A stretch of DNA of 60,000 nucleotides from Lama glama (taxonomy: Eukaryota): contig CM052832.1 in the NCBI GenBank assembly GCA_028534125.1, positions 20,834,001-20,894,000 of the forward strand. The letters run 5' to 3'. Both the position numbers and the translations under genes were made by a program. This document shows positions 24,151-38,100 of this stretch, one piece after another. The notes under the pieces are model-generated. The model was not told the DNA's origin, did no database searches, and saw only the letters and a program-made list of their open reading frames with translations. How positions within the stretch are numbered: the stretch's first letter is position 1; each line of letters begins with the position of its first letter.

Positions 24151-26529
24151 CATACACGATCAGATTCTATGGCATTAAAAACATAAATAAAAAGGAAAGG
24201 AGAAGTAGTAAACAATCCTTGCAGGAAACATAACTGAGTTTGTAAATACACACACTGTCTCTTCCATGGGAAGAAACAATCCCCATGAGGGCACAAGTTC
24301 TTAGAAGGCGGCAAGGAGTACACCTCCTGTTTTCCCTGTGTCACAATCACACTGCAGAAAATGAAATACCTCCCACTATGTAAGATGGCCCGGACCAGAA
24401 GGGAGACGACTGGACTGGAAGTCAATAGCTCTGGGTTCTGCTAACCATTTGACCGCTAACTATCTCTGCATCTGCTGTATGATCATAGGTAAGCCGTTCA
24501 TCTTTTTCCAAACCTTCGTTTGCAAAGTGATAACCTCAACAATAAACGTACCCTGAGCTGCCCAGCGTTTCAACAGTTTACGTGAAATTTTAATTAAATT
24601 TCTGAAAACCCATTCTTTAATACAATGGTGTGAATAAAATATTAACCCTTGGCTAAAATTCCCTAAAAACCTTCATTGAAATTAGGTTAAGTTTTACATT
24701 AAATCATCTCAAAACAAGTGAACGGCACATTCACAAATCAAAGAGCTCATGTGTCTAGAGTTGTTTTTAAAAGAAGATGCCAATTAGATAAATTAGGTGA
24801 GTCCAACTGGGGGTCCTGGAATCTTTACCCTTGGATAAAATAACAGTTTTGAATAGGTGAACCAATTACTGAGATTCTTGGGGTAAGGAATGAAATAAAT
24901 GTCATAATGTGATATCATCGCTTTCCCATAATCCAAATGTCTTCTGAAAATGTCTTTAATTAACTATTCAGAGAGAACCTTTAAGTTGAAAAGACCTCGT
25001 TTCCTTCACATTTTTTAACTAGTGCCATGACAACAGAGTTGCTTAATGTCCATCAGCAGTTCACATGATGGGAACACTATCACATTCTCAGTGGGAAGGG
25101 AAGGAGTGACGGCATACAGTCATTACAGGACACCAGCTCATTTTGAGATCCTGCGTTAAAATAAAATTCACTCCACAATGAGATGCTAAGAAGCACCCAA
25201 CCCTCATAACATTAACCCTAACAGAGCACAGTCATTAATCTTCTGACTCCGTATACTATTAGACTGTGCAGTTTTCCTCTTAGATCAAAAACCTAAAAAC
25301 GAAAATTGGAAAGATTTAAAATCCAAGCCCAGTTTTGGGCTTATCTTTTTTTGGTGATGTCCCTTCACCATTCTGGCCTCAGTACCATCCTCTGAAAAGC
25401 CAGGAGTTCTGTGAATGTCTGTGTGTGTATGTCAGAGCTCTTTTTCCCCACTTTTTAAGGTCTTCCGTCCTCCATATGTAAACTCTCCCAGCTGTCTATG
25501 ACCTTGGACATCCCCACGTTATACTGTCTCATACACTGCCTCATCCTCAGAAGCCTCATGGCAGAGCCCCAGGTCCAATAATACTGTCTCAGTTTCCAAT
25601 CACCACCTGTGAGTCAGACAGAGTTCTCCAGCTAAGATCCGGGGCTCAGGTAACAAGTGTCGCCCGGCACACCAGAGAGCCTGATGAGAAGCCAAGACTA
25701 CGCCATGCCATGTATTCCATACACAGGCAGCACTGAAGAGAGAGATGGATGCTCTTCCATATTTGCAAAGAAGAGCTAGGTAGTAAACTTTTACTTCATT
25801 AAGTGTCTAATGGTACTTGATGTGAAAAGTTGTAAACATTAGTGTATTGTCACCCATATTATAGAGACTCTAAAATCCAATTAGCACAAATGACCACATC
25901 TCCATTCAAGTCATGAGGCAGACTTTGTAGTGGCAACTTTAAAAATAATTAAAATGACTATGTTTAGGATGCCAGAGGCATACAGATGTATCATTCGCTG
26001 TTAAAACAGTACAGCTTTCTCAAGCAACAGGGTTAGGCATACACCTGAAACTTGCAGTCAGGCTGAGCATCTCTTAGGAGCATGGTGCTCCTGCATGTGA
26101 GACCCTTTTCTGCAGGTCTCCCAAGATCGTAACTATAGTATCGTGGTGTCCATAGGAATATAAAGACATGGAAGGAGATAAGAGAGCCAGAATCAGAAAG
26201 ACCAGATGTTCTTTTTTCCCTCCATTTGTCTGAATGCATGGTTTATATAGAATGCATCCCATAAGATCAGAAACTCACACTTTCTTAAAAATTTTTCGAG
26301 GTTTGTCATATATAGCTTTTTTAAGTGAGCTGTGACTCAATGATGAACTTTCTCTTCATGAAAATAATTCAGCTTATGTTAAACACTGGTTCTTGATACT
26401 CTTCCTTTCAAGTACACAGACACACACATTTTGTGTATAGATGGTATTATGTCTATATATTTTAGTAATATTATAAATTTAGGTAATTTATGTAATTTCA
26501 CAAGTATATAAAATTACACAAATATACAG

Positions 26530-26800
26530 AAGAGACTGTCAACCTAGATTATCCATTTAAATTAAATAAAGTTGGCTCTAACTTGTGATGTTCTATATTC
26601 AGAAGGCAAATATGTGTCATTCCTGAGGATATTCAAAAGAATATTCTTTTTGAAAAATCTGAAGAAAAATTTTAGGTAATTTTAAAGTGTTTATACAGCA
26701 ACATATAGTACCTCTTCATATGAGTACTTTGAAAGGACAAACTTCTTTGTGTGAATATACTAAAAAGATAAAGACGATCTTATCACTTTGAAGTTACTGA
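26530..26800. mobile_element. Ancient mariner-like element (MARNA-like)
   Basis: GAGGATATTCAAAAGAATATT...ATATAGTACCTCTTCATATGAGTACTTTGAAAGGACAAAC resembles the MARNA 3' region as I recall it. Confidence 0.45.
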
Positions 26801-26879
26801 GGCTGTAACAAACCATACATATCATCAGTAAGATTATCTGATGTAGTAAATGTTGTGAGACATCGAGGAAAGAATACTT

Positions 26880-27135
26880 GTAATAATACTGAACACTTAA
26901 TTATTACTTAATACAGGCTAGGCGGTGTCTTGAGCACTCCATATTTAATCGTCACAAGGAAACCCATGAGTTAGACACTATTTTTATCTTCATTTTACAG
27001 ATGAGGAAACTGTAGCAACTGAGATGTGAAGTCACTTGACCAAGGCCACACAGCACACAGGTAGAGGAGCCAGGCTGCGAGCTCAGGCAGTCAAGCTCCG
27101 GAGTTCTCGCACTAGAGTCCACCACTCCGCCTGAC
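26880..27135 (-). mobile_element. MIR SINE, near full length
   Basis: CATTTTACAGATGAGGAAACTG...GTCACTTGACCAAGGCCACACAGC...GGAGCCAGGCTGCGAGCTCAGGCAGTCAAGCTCC. Confidence 0.9.
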
Positions 27136-27504
27136 GTATCTCCATCCTTCCTCCCCTCTCCCTCCAGACCTCAAGGGCGATCTTAGGCTGGTCTTGCTCT
27201 TGGGTCTGCCCAGCTCTTCACATTATTATGAAAACAACAGACAGCAAAATTCAAGGAAGAAAATAAAACATTTCTATGGACGTGTTTACCTAGTGACAAA
27301 TAACCAATGACACCCCAGAGTTAAGGGAAATTAAAGCAGGGCACAAAAGTAGACAAGTTTTCATAATACCACAGAGATAGTGACTAGGAAAGCATGTGAA
27401 TGTACAACTCAACACAGGGCAGGGAGTGGTGGGGAACTAAGACGTGGCTGGGAATAGTAGACAGCCAGGCAAGAAGAGGTAGATAAACCCAATTAAAGAA
27501 TCTT

Positions 27505-27745
27505 ATTGATGGCAGCAAGTGTCTATTATGCATCCAAGACACAGAATCAGGCTTTCTACCAGAGCTTTAGAACCATTTAATCTAATTTTTAAAACAGCTC
27601 TCCAAATCCTATTATTATTCTCATTTTACAGATGAGGAAACTGAGACTTCTGGAGATGGAGCAACTTTCTCAAGATCAAAGAGCTAACAAACCTTTGAGG
27701 CAGAATTCACACCTTCTTCTATTTGACTCCATAACTTGTGCTCTT
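27505..27745 (-). mobile_element. MIR SINE
   Basis: ATTATTATTCTCATTTTACAGATGAGGAAACTGAGACT...CAAGATCAAAGAGCTAA...TTTGACTCCA. Confidence 0.88.
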
Positions 27746-28864
27746 GAGATCAGTTTCATTATTATAAAAGGTCAAGTTCAAAGCATTATCTAAATCAAAA
27801 AAAGACCAATAGAGAAGTCCAGGCAAACAGGATCAAACCCCAGGCATCTGGGTCATTAAGATGGCACCACTGAGATCAGACAGCAGGACTGCAGATCAGA
27901 CGTGGCTTGCTGTTTGGTTACAGGCTTCAGTCTTGTGCCCACTGAAAGTAAACGCCACCTGATTGGAATCAGAGTGGCCTGCATCCTCTCAGAGCCAAAC
28001 AAATAAAATTAGCTGCTGCAAAGTCTTTGGGGAATTAATCAGAGTGTGGGTAAACACACAGCCATGTAATATGAGCCCTGTTATAGTCTGAAAACAAGGG
28101 AACTTGGAGTAGCTAAGAGAAATGACCAAGATGTAAACAGGAAGCCCAACAAAATGGGACCACCTACAGGATAGAGCCACAGATGCAATGGACTAAGTAT
28201 GAGGAGCCACTGACAGACGGTGAATTCTGGATAATAAGAAATGCAGATGAGATGGAAGAACCACCTGCTTTATGTAAAGCTCCAAATAACCAGATCACAG
28301 TGGACAGCCACTCAAATCATGCCTTCATAATACAGAGTATTATTGAGAATAATTCAATTCACAGGGAGCTTAAAGAGGCCAGGACTGGACAGCCTGCCAG
28401 GGGAAACAGAACCATAATTACAGAAAAGAATCATATCCTCAGAAAAACAAAAAAATCAATCAAACTAAGTTTGTAAAGTCTATCTTACAGACAAATTGTC
28501 TGGACTCCTACTCTCAAAAATACTGTTTCTGATTTTATGCCAATGCATTTAGCTAATTTAATGGTTCTGTCCTGTTACATCTAAACTGGATATACTCCAA
28601 CACATAACATCTTTGACTCTTTCCAATTTCTTAAAGAATCTTAAGAAATTCATAGTCACAAAAGATGGAATTCATTTTCCAAAAGTTCAACAATGATGCA
28701 ATGATTTCTCTGTTACAGAAAAATCAATCTTATGACAATCACGTTAAAAAAAAATCTGAGTAACTCCAATCAACTTGAAGTAACGCCTGATCAAACACAA
28801 AACTGTTAATTTCATTGAAAAGCACTGAGATTGAACTGAAACACTATCACAAAATAAAATTTTC

Positions 28865-29470
28865 TATCTTTTAAAAACTTTTTAGAATAGCTTTGAATAT
28901 GGGTAAATGTAAAAAACAGTGCAGAGGGTTCCCAGTATTCCTTCTTATTAACATCTTACATTGGTCACAATGAAAAATTGATACAGTATTAACTAAAGTC
29001 CATACTTTATTCAGAGTTCCTTAGTTTTTACCTAATGTCCTTTTTCTGTTCAAGAATTCCATCAAGGATACCCTATAACATTTATTTGTCATGTGCCCTT
29101 AAGCACCTCTAGGATACCAGTTTCTCAGACTTCCCTTGATTTTGATGATCTTGACAGTTTGACCTTGATCACTGGGCTGTATTAGTGCTTGGCACTCCTC
29201 TCCTGGAAAACTACTCTTCCTCCCGCACCCCACCCAATTCCCCACACTGCGCTCTTTGGAGGGACCTAAGTGCAGTCCACACTGGAGTGTGGGAAGTTAC
29301 GTCCCACCTACTCGTGGGCAGAATAGCTACACAAATTACTCGGAATCCTCCTGCAGGGGAAAACTTGTCTCTTCTCTCCCATTCATTTATTTATGCAACT
29401 CTTTTATATCCGTATAGATTTCATGGATATTTATTTTATACTTTGGGCTGTAAATCCAGTACTACCATAA
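28865..29470 (-). mobile_element. L1MC-type LINE-1 3' UTR, antisense to +
   Basis: TTAACTAAAGTCCATACTTTATTCAGAGTTCCTTAGTTTTTACCTAATGTCCTTTTTCTGTTCAAGAATTCCATC...TTTCTCAGACTTCCCTTGATTTTGATGATCTTGACAGTTT. Confidence 0.75.
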
Positions 29471-30292
29471 TAAAGAAAATCTGAAAGGAGATTTATTCAA
29501 ATTCATTGGCCAAAGTGGACTTGCCACCTTTCGACTCCTGGCCCAGCAAAAGGACTAAGTGCAACAAAGCCCTTGGATGTCTCATGGACCATGAAGATGA
29601 AGATGCTGATGATCATCAGGAGGACATTCTCTCTATTCCATCTCACAGAGAGAATGGGGACACACGCCCTCATTCCAAGGAAGTTTCCCCCTTTATTTCT
29701 GATACAGCCAGGACAGAATTCAACGCAGTCATTGGCTTCAATTTGAGCATGACTTGGTTACTGAAATTCTTAAGGCAAATGCTGGATCAATACCTCACTC
29801 TCCTAGAGATAACTCTGATGATGTAAGTGGATATCACACAATCCAATATACTGACTACATGTATTTCAGGGATAAATGTGAAAAACATTTGCCCTTTGAA
29901 AATTGTTTTTAAAATACAGGCCAGTAGCACTTGGAAGTAGAGGAATACAATTGAAGGTTAAAGGTATATAGTAAATATGTTAGGTGCTCACTACATAACA
30001 TTCATCAGCACAAAATAACTTTAGGCATAAAACACATGACAAGACTCCATAATAAAGAAAAAGGACATGAAAACAGTGAGATAGAAAGATACAGAGCACA
30101 GTATGGACTGAAAAGAAAGAAAGGCAGTAAGAAGTAGATTGTATTCATTCATTCAACAAATATTTATACAGCATCTGCTATCAGTCAGAAGCCATGATAA
30201 AAGCTGGGTATATTATGCTGAGTGAAAATAGTTACAGACTTTGCTCTCATGTAGTCTGTTAGGAAGACAGACATTAATCAGATAGCAGCACT

Positions 30293-30828
30293 GCTGGAAT
30301 CATGCAGGAAAGGGAAAACTAGGAGGCCTGGGCTGCTTAAACCCTGCACACTCCCGTCTTCAGGAGTGTATCCTCGGCTTGGCACCTGGGAAACAGCCTC
30401 CTAGTCCTTGGAGTATCTCTACAGGTACAACTGCCTGTATGCCCGAGGCTTTGGGCCACACTGTATCAATCTGACCTTTGGGGATGCTGCAGACTTGAGT
30501 AGCTAGGTACCTGCCTGTCTATATAACTGAACCCCAACAGAAGCCCTGGACACCAAGGCTCAAGTGAGCTGCCCTGGCTGGCAATACTTGGCAAACGCTG
30601 TCATACATTACAGCGGAGAGGTAAGCTCTGCACCTGTGCCTCCACTGAGAGGGGACAACTGGAAGCCCATACCTGGTCTCTCTTGGCCTCCACATATGCA
30701 CCTCTTCCCTCTGCCAATTTTAATCTGTATCCTTTCACTGTAATTAACTGTAACCATGAGCATAACAGTTTCCTTGAGTCCTTATGGCAAACCAATGGGC
30801 CCAAGAGTGGTCTTGGGAACCCCCAACA
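30293..30828 (+). mobile_element. Solo ERVL-type LTR (MER21/MER68/MER77 group)
   Basis: CCCTGGACACCAAGGCTCAAGTGAGCTGCCCTGGCTGGCAATACTT...CTCCACTGAGAGGGGACAACTGGAAGC...TGTATCCTTTCACTGTAATTAACTGTAACCATGAGCATAAC...GTGGTCTTGGGAACCCCCAACA, with TG...CA ends. Confidence 0.75.
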
Positions 30829-31599
30829 TTCAACTACAATGAAAAACTGAGGCACATACTCTGAAAGAAGAATGTGTGGGAGCTTATAACATAGTTACCT
30901 ATGGCATAGATCAAGGAAGGCTTGCCTGAAAAATGATGTTTGAATTGAAATCTAATGGATGCGTAAGACTTCATTAGTGAGGTAGGAGTGGGGAGAGGCC
31001 TCCAGCATGGGGAAGTGCACACACAGAAGAGAGCAGGGTGTATACAAGCAGCTGAAAGTGAATGGGTGTGGTTGGACCACAGGGAGCAGCAGGAGGTTGG
31101 GTGGGTGATGGGCTAGAGAGTCCTCAGAGGCTGGGACAGGTAGACCATGAGTAGAACATTGGTCATCATATTGAGAGCAATGGAAAAGCCATGGAAAAGT
31201 CTGAAACAAAGCAGGATCATCAGGTTGGCCTTTTGAAATGAGAACTCTGGCAAGAGGGTAGAGAATTTGCTGTAAGTGATGAGCAGATAGAGTGAAAACA
31301 GAGAGGCCTATTTTTATAGTACTTAAGATGAGAGCGATTATGTCTCTAGATGGGTTGGTGGCAGTGGAAACGTTGAAAAATGGAAGCTTTTAATAGAAAT
31401 TTAGTGGGTCAAGTTGACAGGGCTTGGTGACAAACTGGAAGTGAGAAGAAAGAGTCACGGGGAATGGGATCTATTTTTCCAGCTTGCGTAAAACAAGAGG
31501 ATGGTTTAGCTACTTACTGAGGCAGGAAACACTAGACGTGACCACACATTTTTTTTTTCCTGGGGATGAAGCACCAGAATCCTATGCACTTGATCTTGG

Positions 31600-31830
31600 A
31601 GGCTAAACATTCAAGGGACACCTGCCATTTGCCAGACACTGCTTTAAGCATTTTACATATGTGAACTCATGTTATCCTCACTACAACTAGATGAGGAAGA
31701 TATGATCATTACCTTATTTAACACAGAATGAAGCTATTAGAGATTAAGGTGCTTGCCTCAATCACACAGTCAGGATATAAACCCAGGCACTGTCCCTGCT
31801 GCTTGTGCTTCTTACCTGTCACATGAGGCT
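31600..31830 (-). mobile_element. MIR SINE nested in L2
   Basis: TGCCAGACACTGCTTTAAGCATTTTACATATGTGAACTCATGTTATCCTCAC...GAGATTAAGGTGCTTGCCTCAATCACACAG. Confidence 0.75.
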
Positions 31831-33419
31831 ACTGCCTCTCATAATAAGCAAAGGAAGGGAGTGAGACTAACTTTGGAGACAGTAGGAGTAAAACAGAAGG
31901 GTGACTTTGAGAGCACTAAGACTGAGTAACTCATTAACTGCAAAGCAGATTGAGAAGGTACTGCCAGAAATATTAAGAAAAAGAGGAGACTGAAACACCC
32001 TGGAAGTCCAGAGGAGTTAGTGTTCAAAAGAGAACGTATTCTTTTAATGCTATTAGGAAGTTTACTAAGAGGAGGACCACGGGATGGAGAACCGAAGGTC
32101 ATTGTAAAGCTGTTCTGACACAGTGAGGAAGATGGAAGCTAGGGAGGGGTGAATGAAAAGTAAGCAAATGAAGACAGGAACACTTTCAACAAATCTGGCC
32201 ATAAAGGGCAGAGGAGAAAACAGTACTTGTGGAGGCATGTGGAGTCAAGGAAGGGTTGTGTGTGTGTAAGATGAGAGAGCTTTTACCAAGCTTCAATGTC
32301 AGTAGAAAGGATCCAGTTGAGATGGAGGAGATGAGTATACATGAGAGAAAAGGGCACACGGACGGACAGTGTGAATTCTTCAGCAGACAGATGTGAGACA
32401 AATAGTCACGTGTCCTCAGGCAGAGCCAGAGGCTGAAATGATGCTCTACGTAATCCACGCCATGGAAACCAGCACCAGACCTGGGTCCTGCCTGCTTCTC
32501 CAGGCTGCTCTCCTACCATCCTCGAGTCAGCTTCCTCATCCTCCTTTGACTATCTCTGCCTCCTTCCATAATTCAGTACGTCAAGTTCTCCTCACTTCAC
32601 ATACTTCACACATGTCTTCTTTTTGACCGAGAAGGTTCTACCCTCCACCCGATACCCCACCTTTTTATCCAGCTTCTGTCCTGGTAAAGATGCTCAATAT
32701 ATAGCTGTTGGATGAATGAACTGTGCTCAAGACACATGCTGAAACTAAAAGCCCTCTGCAACTCAATATGATTTCGGATGTGTCTCAACACAATTCTGCT
32801 TTTAGTAACCAATATAATATTTTTTTCCCAATATAAAGCTGAGTCATATTTAAAGATGTTGGAATGTACCCGGCATCTTAACTTGATGTATGCATATTTT
32901 TAGATCCAGACTTGTATTTATCACTCCCACAAATACAGAAACATACATACGTCATTTTATTATTCTATCAAAAAAGAGTCATTTCAAGCAAACACATGCC
33001 TGTACGTAGCATGTCAATGAATTCTCTCTTACTAAGCAAGCAATAATAGGAAGCCAAATTCTAATCAGAATGACAATCTATTAATTTACAATGAGACATG
33101 AAACTGTCACTTCAACCAGATGTTCCCGTCAATCTGAACAATTCCCTATATTTTATCCCAGAAAAGTTATAGCTAGCTACAGGTTGGTGAATCTCAGCTA
33201 GAAATGTGGATGGGACCAGAAAACAGACCAATGGCTGCCAGGACCTTGTGGCAGGAGTAGCGAGTGCTTTCAAACTGGCATGAAGGATTTTGAGGGGTAG
33301 GGAAGTAAGGAATTTTATAACTTGATGGTCTTGATGGCTACATGATTGTGTTGTGTATTTAGAAGATCTTAAGATGTTTCTTTTGTTTGTGGGAAATAAT
33401 CTTGGTCCAAGAAAGTCAC

Positions 33420-33600
33420 ATAGCACAGCTGGTGAAAATGGGCCTTGGAGCCCCTGAATCTGAGTTCAACTCCCAGTTCTAGACCTGAATTGTTGGTAAG
33501 AAGCCAACTGCTAATCCCTGAATCTGCCTGAGCTTTATTGTCCTGATCTGTAAAATGCAGATACCTCCAAGTAAAAGGGTCGCTCAAAAGACCTTCTGAA
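33420..33600 (+). mobile_element. MIR SINE remnant
   Basis: GGGCCTTGGAG...CTGAGTTCAACTCCCAGTTCT...CTGAGCTTTATTGTCCTGATCTGTAAAATG. Confidence 0.65.
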
Positions 33601-35094
33601 GATTCATGAGAACAGTGACGAGAAAGTTTTTAGCCCATAATTCATGCTCAGTTATTCAGTTATTCTGAGAATGTTCAAGTCCTTTATCCGGAATTCCTCT
33701 CCACCAGACTACACTTAAATAGGCATCAACATTTGCTTCTGTGACTTTCCTTTTTTACCCTTTCTTAGTCACTAACTCGGTTATGTTTACACAGCCTTTT
33801 TCAAAGGAGGATACAGTACTCTGATTATGCTTCTGATTAGCACATTTTTCTAGAGACCACCTTGGTTAGAATCTAGGGGCTTTGTAACATCTTAAGTCAT
33901 GTATTTATAGAAAATTCTGGGTTAACTGTTACTTATGATAAATCATACCATTTTGTGGGGGATTTACCCAATTTAACTCTTAACATCCAATCTTGTATCC
34001 AAGTTACTAGGGTGTACTTTCTCATTATGCCCATATATTCACAAAATTGTTTAAATGTCTTCAGAGAACTACTAAGGGATCTTTGAACTGATACATATGA
34101 ACAAAGACCCAAAAGAAAATACTCTTGCACAAATATTGCTTAGAACAGCAAGCTTCTATCTGGATTGTCACTGGTGAATCAGGACTGAGAGAAAAAATGG
34201 GTAACATGTACACAGGGCCTGTTCTGGAAGGCAGCAAGCAGGGGGCTGGTTCTGTGTGTAATCTAACTGGCAGCATGATGAAGGCAGAGAAGATAAGCTA
34301 CTGAAAGTTCAAGGGAGAACTGTGAGCAGAAACCCAGGAGGTACCAAACGCCACAGACAAGAGTCCGAGGAGAACATAGGGACTGGTAGTCTGTATCCAA
34401 AGGACACGCCTAGTTTTCAGGATACTAGCAGGGGGCCTCTGATCAATTTGTCCTGTAATGAAGCAATGCTAAAAAGTGTGCACCCACAGTTTATGCCCAT
34501 TATGTCTTAAATTTGCCAATCAGCCCTTGCAAAGGAGAGTATTAATGATCATAAAGCATACTTTAAATTATGACATGTGATATTCAGTAACTTCGGATAT
34601 GCAGGAGTTTCACGGACATGGTCAGACAGCTTGAGAAGTCCCTATATGCTAACATTCTCCAGAGACAATGGTTAGACCCTAAAAATCCTTCCAGGAAAAG
34701 AGAAAAATCTAGCTCCTAGCCTTAAAGCATTCATATAACTAGCTTCCATTCTTTTACAAAAGAAAATAACACAGGAGGGTGGCCAAAACTAACAAATCAA
34801 ATCAGTTTCAGACCATAAGGAGACTCATAACAAACCTGAGCTGTTGGTGACAAGGTAAGAAAGCAAAAATATATACACACACACACAGAGAGATATATAT
34901 ATATTAGACATTCTCTGTGTGATTGAACAGAAAGAAAAAACCTTTCAGCTGTAGCTGAAAGTAGATATGGAGGAGAGAGAAGATGGAGGAGATTGGACTA
35001 GATGGCATTTATTTTCTCTGTAAATTGTAAGGAAAGGAGAGAGGATGTTATATGGTTAACTGTAGAGGTGGGAAAGGTAGGCTCATGTTACAGA

Positions 35095-35195
35095 CACTAG
35101 TGCACTATCTTTTCTTCATCACAATATGCTAAATACTTAGCACAACACACGGAATACAATAGATGCTCAATAAATGCAAACTGAATGAATGACTG
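35095..35195 (+). mobile_element. L2 3' terminus
   Basis: CTTAGCACAACAC...AATAGATGCTCAATAAATGCAAACTGAATGAATGA. Confidence 0.7.
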
Positions 35196-38100
35196 CCATT
35201 TGAGTAACTGGGCACACAGCGAAATGTACAACAGCTGACATGTCAAATGAGAATAAAAGCTAACCACGGAAAAGGAAAAGATGTTGTGCATATTTTTAAG
35301 GTGTCCTTAATACATATACGTCCTAATGCAGAGCTCTGAATGACCTGCAGTGATCTTAGGAGGAAAAGATACACAACCTTCTCAGGAGTTATTCAACGCT
35401 GCCATCCTCATACATCCTGAGAAGACAGGTATCCGTTTAATAAATAAGCAATTACTGACCACTGGCAGGTTAAGACATGTAACTTTCTTATCCAACACCC
35501 AATACTCTGCAGCAGAGACGGATAGCACAGAAAAATTAATTACACTGTCAGCTGGTCACCTGGCTCTGCAGACCACACAAAAGTAAAAAGCAAGCAAGTG
35601 GGGCCAGCAGACTTCTCTGCAGCCCCCGTCAGTTCAGACAAACAAGAGGGCTAGGTAATACATGCTTTGTAATCCACAGCTGACTTTCTCATGTCTAAAA
35701 CCATTCAAATCCGAAAACAAAAATCCCTCTCAAATCCAAAATAATGGGCACTGAACAATAGAGAGTGGAAGGCATATTATTAAATCTCTTCTCATGAAAG
35801 GCTGTTGAACTGAATTCCCAGTGACTTGGGCACACGATGGGTTACAGATGCCATGTTCAGGTGCCATTTGAATTCACATGATATCTAATAAACCACAGTA
35901 CGTTCACTCGTCCTATTAAAACTGTATTCTACTTAGAAGGTCTGAATAATTTGTATAAAATTGATTGCTACAGTTCTCACTAGAAGCTCTAATTGCATTC
36001 CTGGTATAATTTAAAATGATAACCTTATCTTAATTAGTAGCATGATGCAGAAATGCTTTTGAAAGCCCCTGAGAATTAACCTGCATTTTTTAACAGAAGC
36101 CTTGGGGCTTAAAAAAAAAAAACTAAAAAATATTCCTATTGAATACATGAGCCAATGTTAACTTATCAAAATAACAAAAGAAAATAATCACACAGTAAGA
36201 GACTAAGCAACACGGCTAACACCTCCTCTGATCAAGCAGTTTGTATTTCTCTTTGCAGAATCATACACGACGTAATTCTAAAGACTACACCTCTGTGGCA
36301 TCTAGTGATTCTTGGCACCCATAGAAAAGTCTCTATTTATTCTAATGAGACTCGCCATCCACAATTTAAGGGGAATGCTACATTTATGGGACTAAGTAGA
36401 TAAACACATTGGGGATAGGTACTGACTTCACGGTAAATTAATCACTGTACAGATCACCTAGAGTACTCCCTTAAGTTCCCATTCCAGGCTTTTCTCCCAA
36501 TTAATACTAATTCAATTAATCCTGGCCTTCCTTATCCCTATCAAGCTTTCTAACATCCCTTCCTGGCCCACTCACATTTGCAAAGCTCCAAAAGAAAATG
36601 GTTTCCTGTGGGAGAGGTTATCCCCTGTATCTTTTCCACATCAGCACTCTAGTAAAGAGACGTGCACTGGCTCACCCATTATCTAACGAGCACATTAGGA
36701 CACATAAAAATTAACACTTCAACCATCTCCAACTGTAGGACGGCCAGATTAAAAGACTCTGCAGTGAGTCATCATTGTAAAAACCCAAAGAAGAACTTAA
36801 AGTGCCTCCAAATCATGCTTTCAAATTGAGGGTCCTACTAATAAACACTATATAGCTTGGCTTATACCCTCAAATGCCCAGCCAAAGAAATATATATGGT
36901 AGAATTTATCATCATCCAAAACTCTATCACCACTTCCCAGAAATGTTAAATATATACTATTATAAGAGAACTACTCTCCTAAGATTGGCCCCTGAGGTCT
37001 GGGTTTCTTCCTCTCAACTGATACCACTCGGGGAATAACTGTCTTCCTATAATGCAATTTGGCATTTTCCTATTTAAAAATGAATATGGTTCAATTTTCT
37101 TCAAATATTTTCTCCTTCCTAGGAATTAAGGAGTTTTGTCTAAATGTAAGAGGTCAGATCTAGTAGAGATTATTATCAGATTATCATTAGAACTGAATAT
37201 AAAATTAGTAGAAAACAAAACTTCGCATATTTGAGATTGTAGTAGATTAAAGTTCCATCTAGGTTAATTTATGAGCATAGAAAATAGTAAAATTAAACAC
37301 AGAAGAAACAGGTATACAGTAATACTAGTTCAAAAACAATCTTTTAAAAAGTTGTAAATACCTTCAGTAACACCATTACTTTTAAAATGTCTACTATGTG
37401 CAAGGAGCTACGTGTTATAAGATATGACAGTAACAGCTCTTATAAAATATAAAGCATCCTTTTAATTTATGTTCAGCTTCTCCTCAGTAAGAGACGGCAT
37501 TTCAGAGAAGTACTATTGTGTGGTACATACAGGCTTATATTTACATAAGCAAATTATCCATATCTTGAAGGTCTTGCAAATGTGTAGAGGACTGGGCACA
37601 TTTTCTCTTATTTAAAACTCTATCTCCAGGCTTGAGAGTAAGGAGATTAAAGACTAAACATATATTAGCACTGTGAAAATTCAGCCTGAAAAACCCTGGT
37701 GGAAAAGACATTTTAATCAACGGATATTTCAAACTGAGTGACCCCAAATCTGTTCAACGAGACTGTTGTTCTAAAGAAGGAAAACCTTCCCATCATTTAA
37801 CTCGCTCTTCGTTTCATTGGTGTGACAACCACATACTGATGGCATCTTAAGGTTGCAAAATCTAAGTCTTTTTTACCGTGGCAGTTACAGTTTCATTTAC
37901 AACATTAATGTGCTAAACAGGGACTGCATGAAAATCTTCAATTACTTTCAGGCAGCCTACGTAACACTGCCCTAATTCTAATGCCCAGCAAGCATAATCA
38001 TCATAACCTCTGCTGTGATCCCAACAAGGAATCTTCAAGCTCCTTATAAATGCATTAATCAGCCCCTATGAAAGTCACTGCTTGCTTTTAACGAATGAAG

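Larger units (their letters stand above)
30140..32400 (-). mobile_element. Long L2 remnant, split by an LTR and a MIR
   Basis: Starts ATTCATTCATTCAACAAATATTTATACAGCA. Continues after 30830 with purine-rich L2 antisense sequence (GATCAAGGAAGGCTT..., GAGAGCAATGGAAAAGCCATGGAAAAG...). Confidence 0.65.

Noticed and set aside
28183..28476. 97-aa ATG-initiated ORF
   Set aside because: No recognisable homology, opposite to the inferred transcription direction, and a length compatible with chance.
29506..29826. 106-aa ORF with an acidic stretch (DHEDEDADDHQED)
   Set aside because: Non-ATG start, no splice or promoter context, and no recognisable family.
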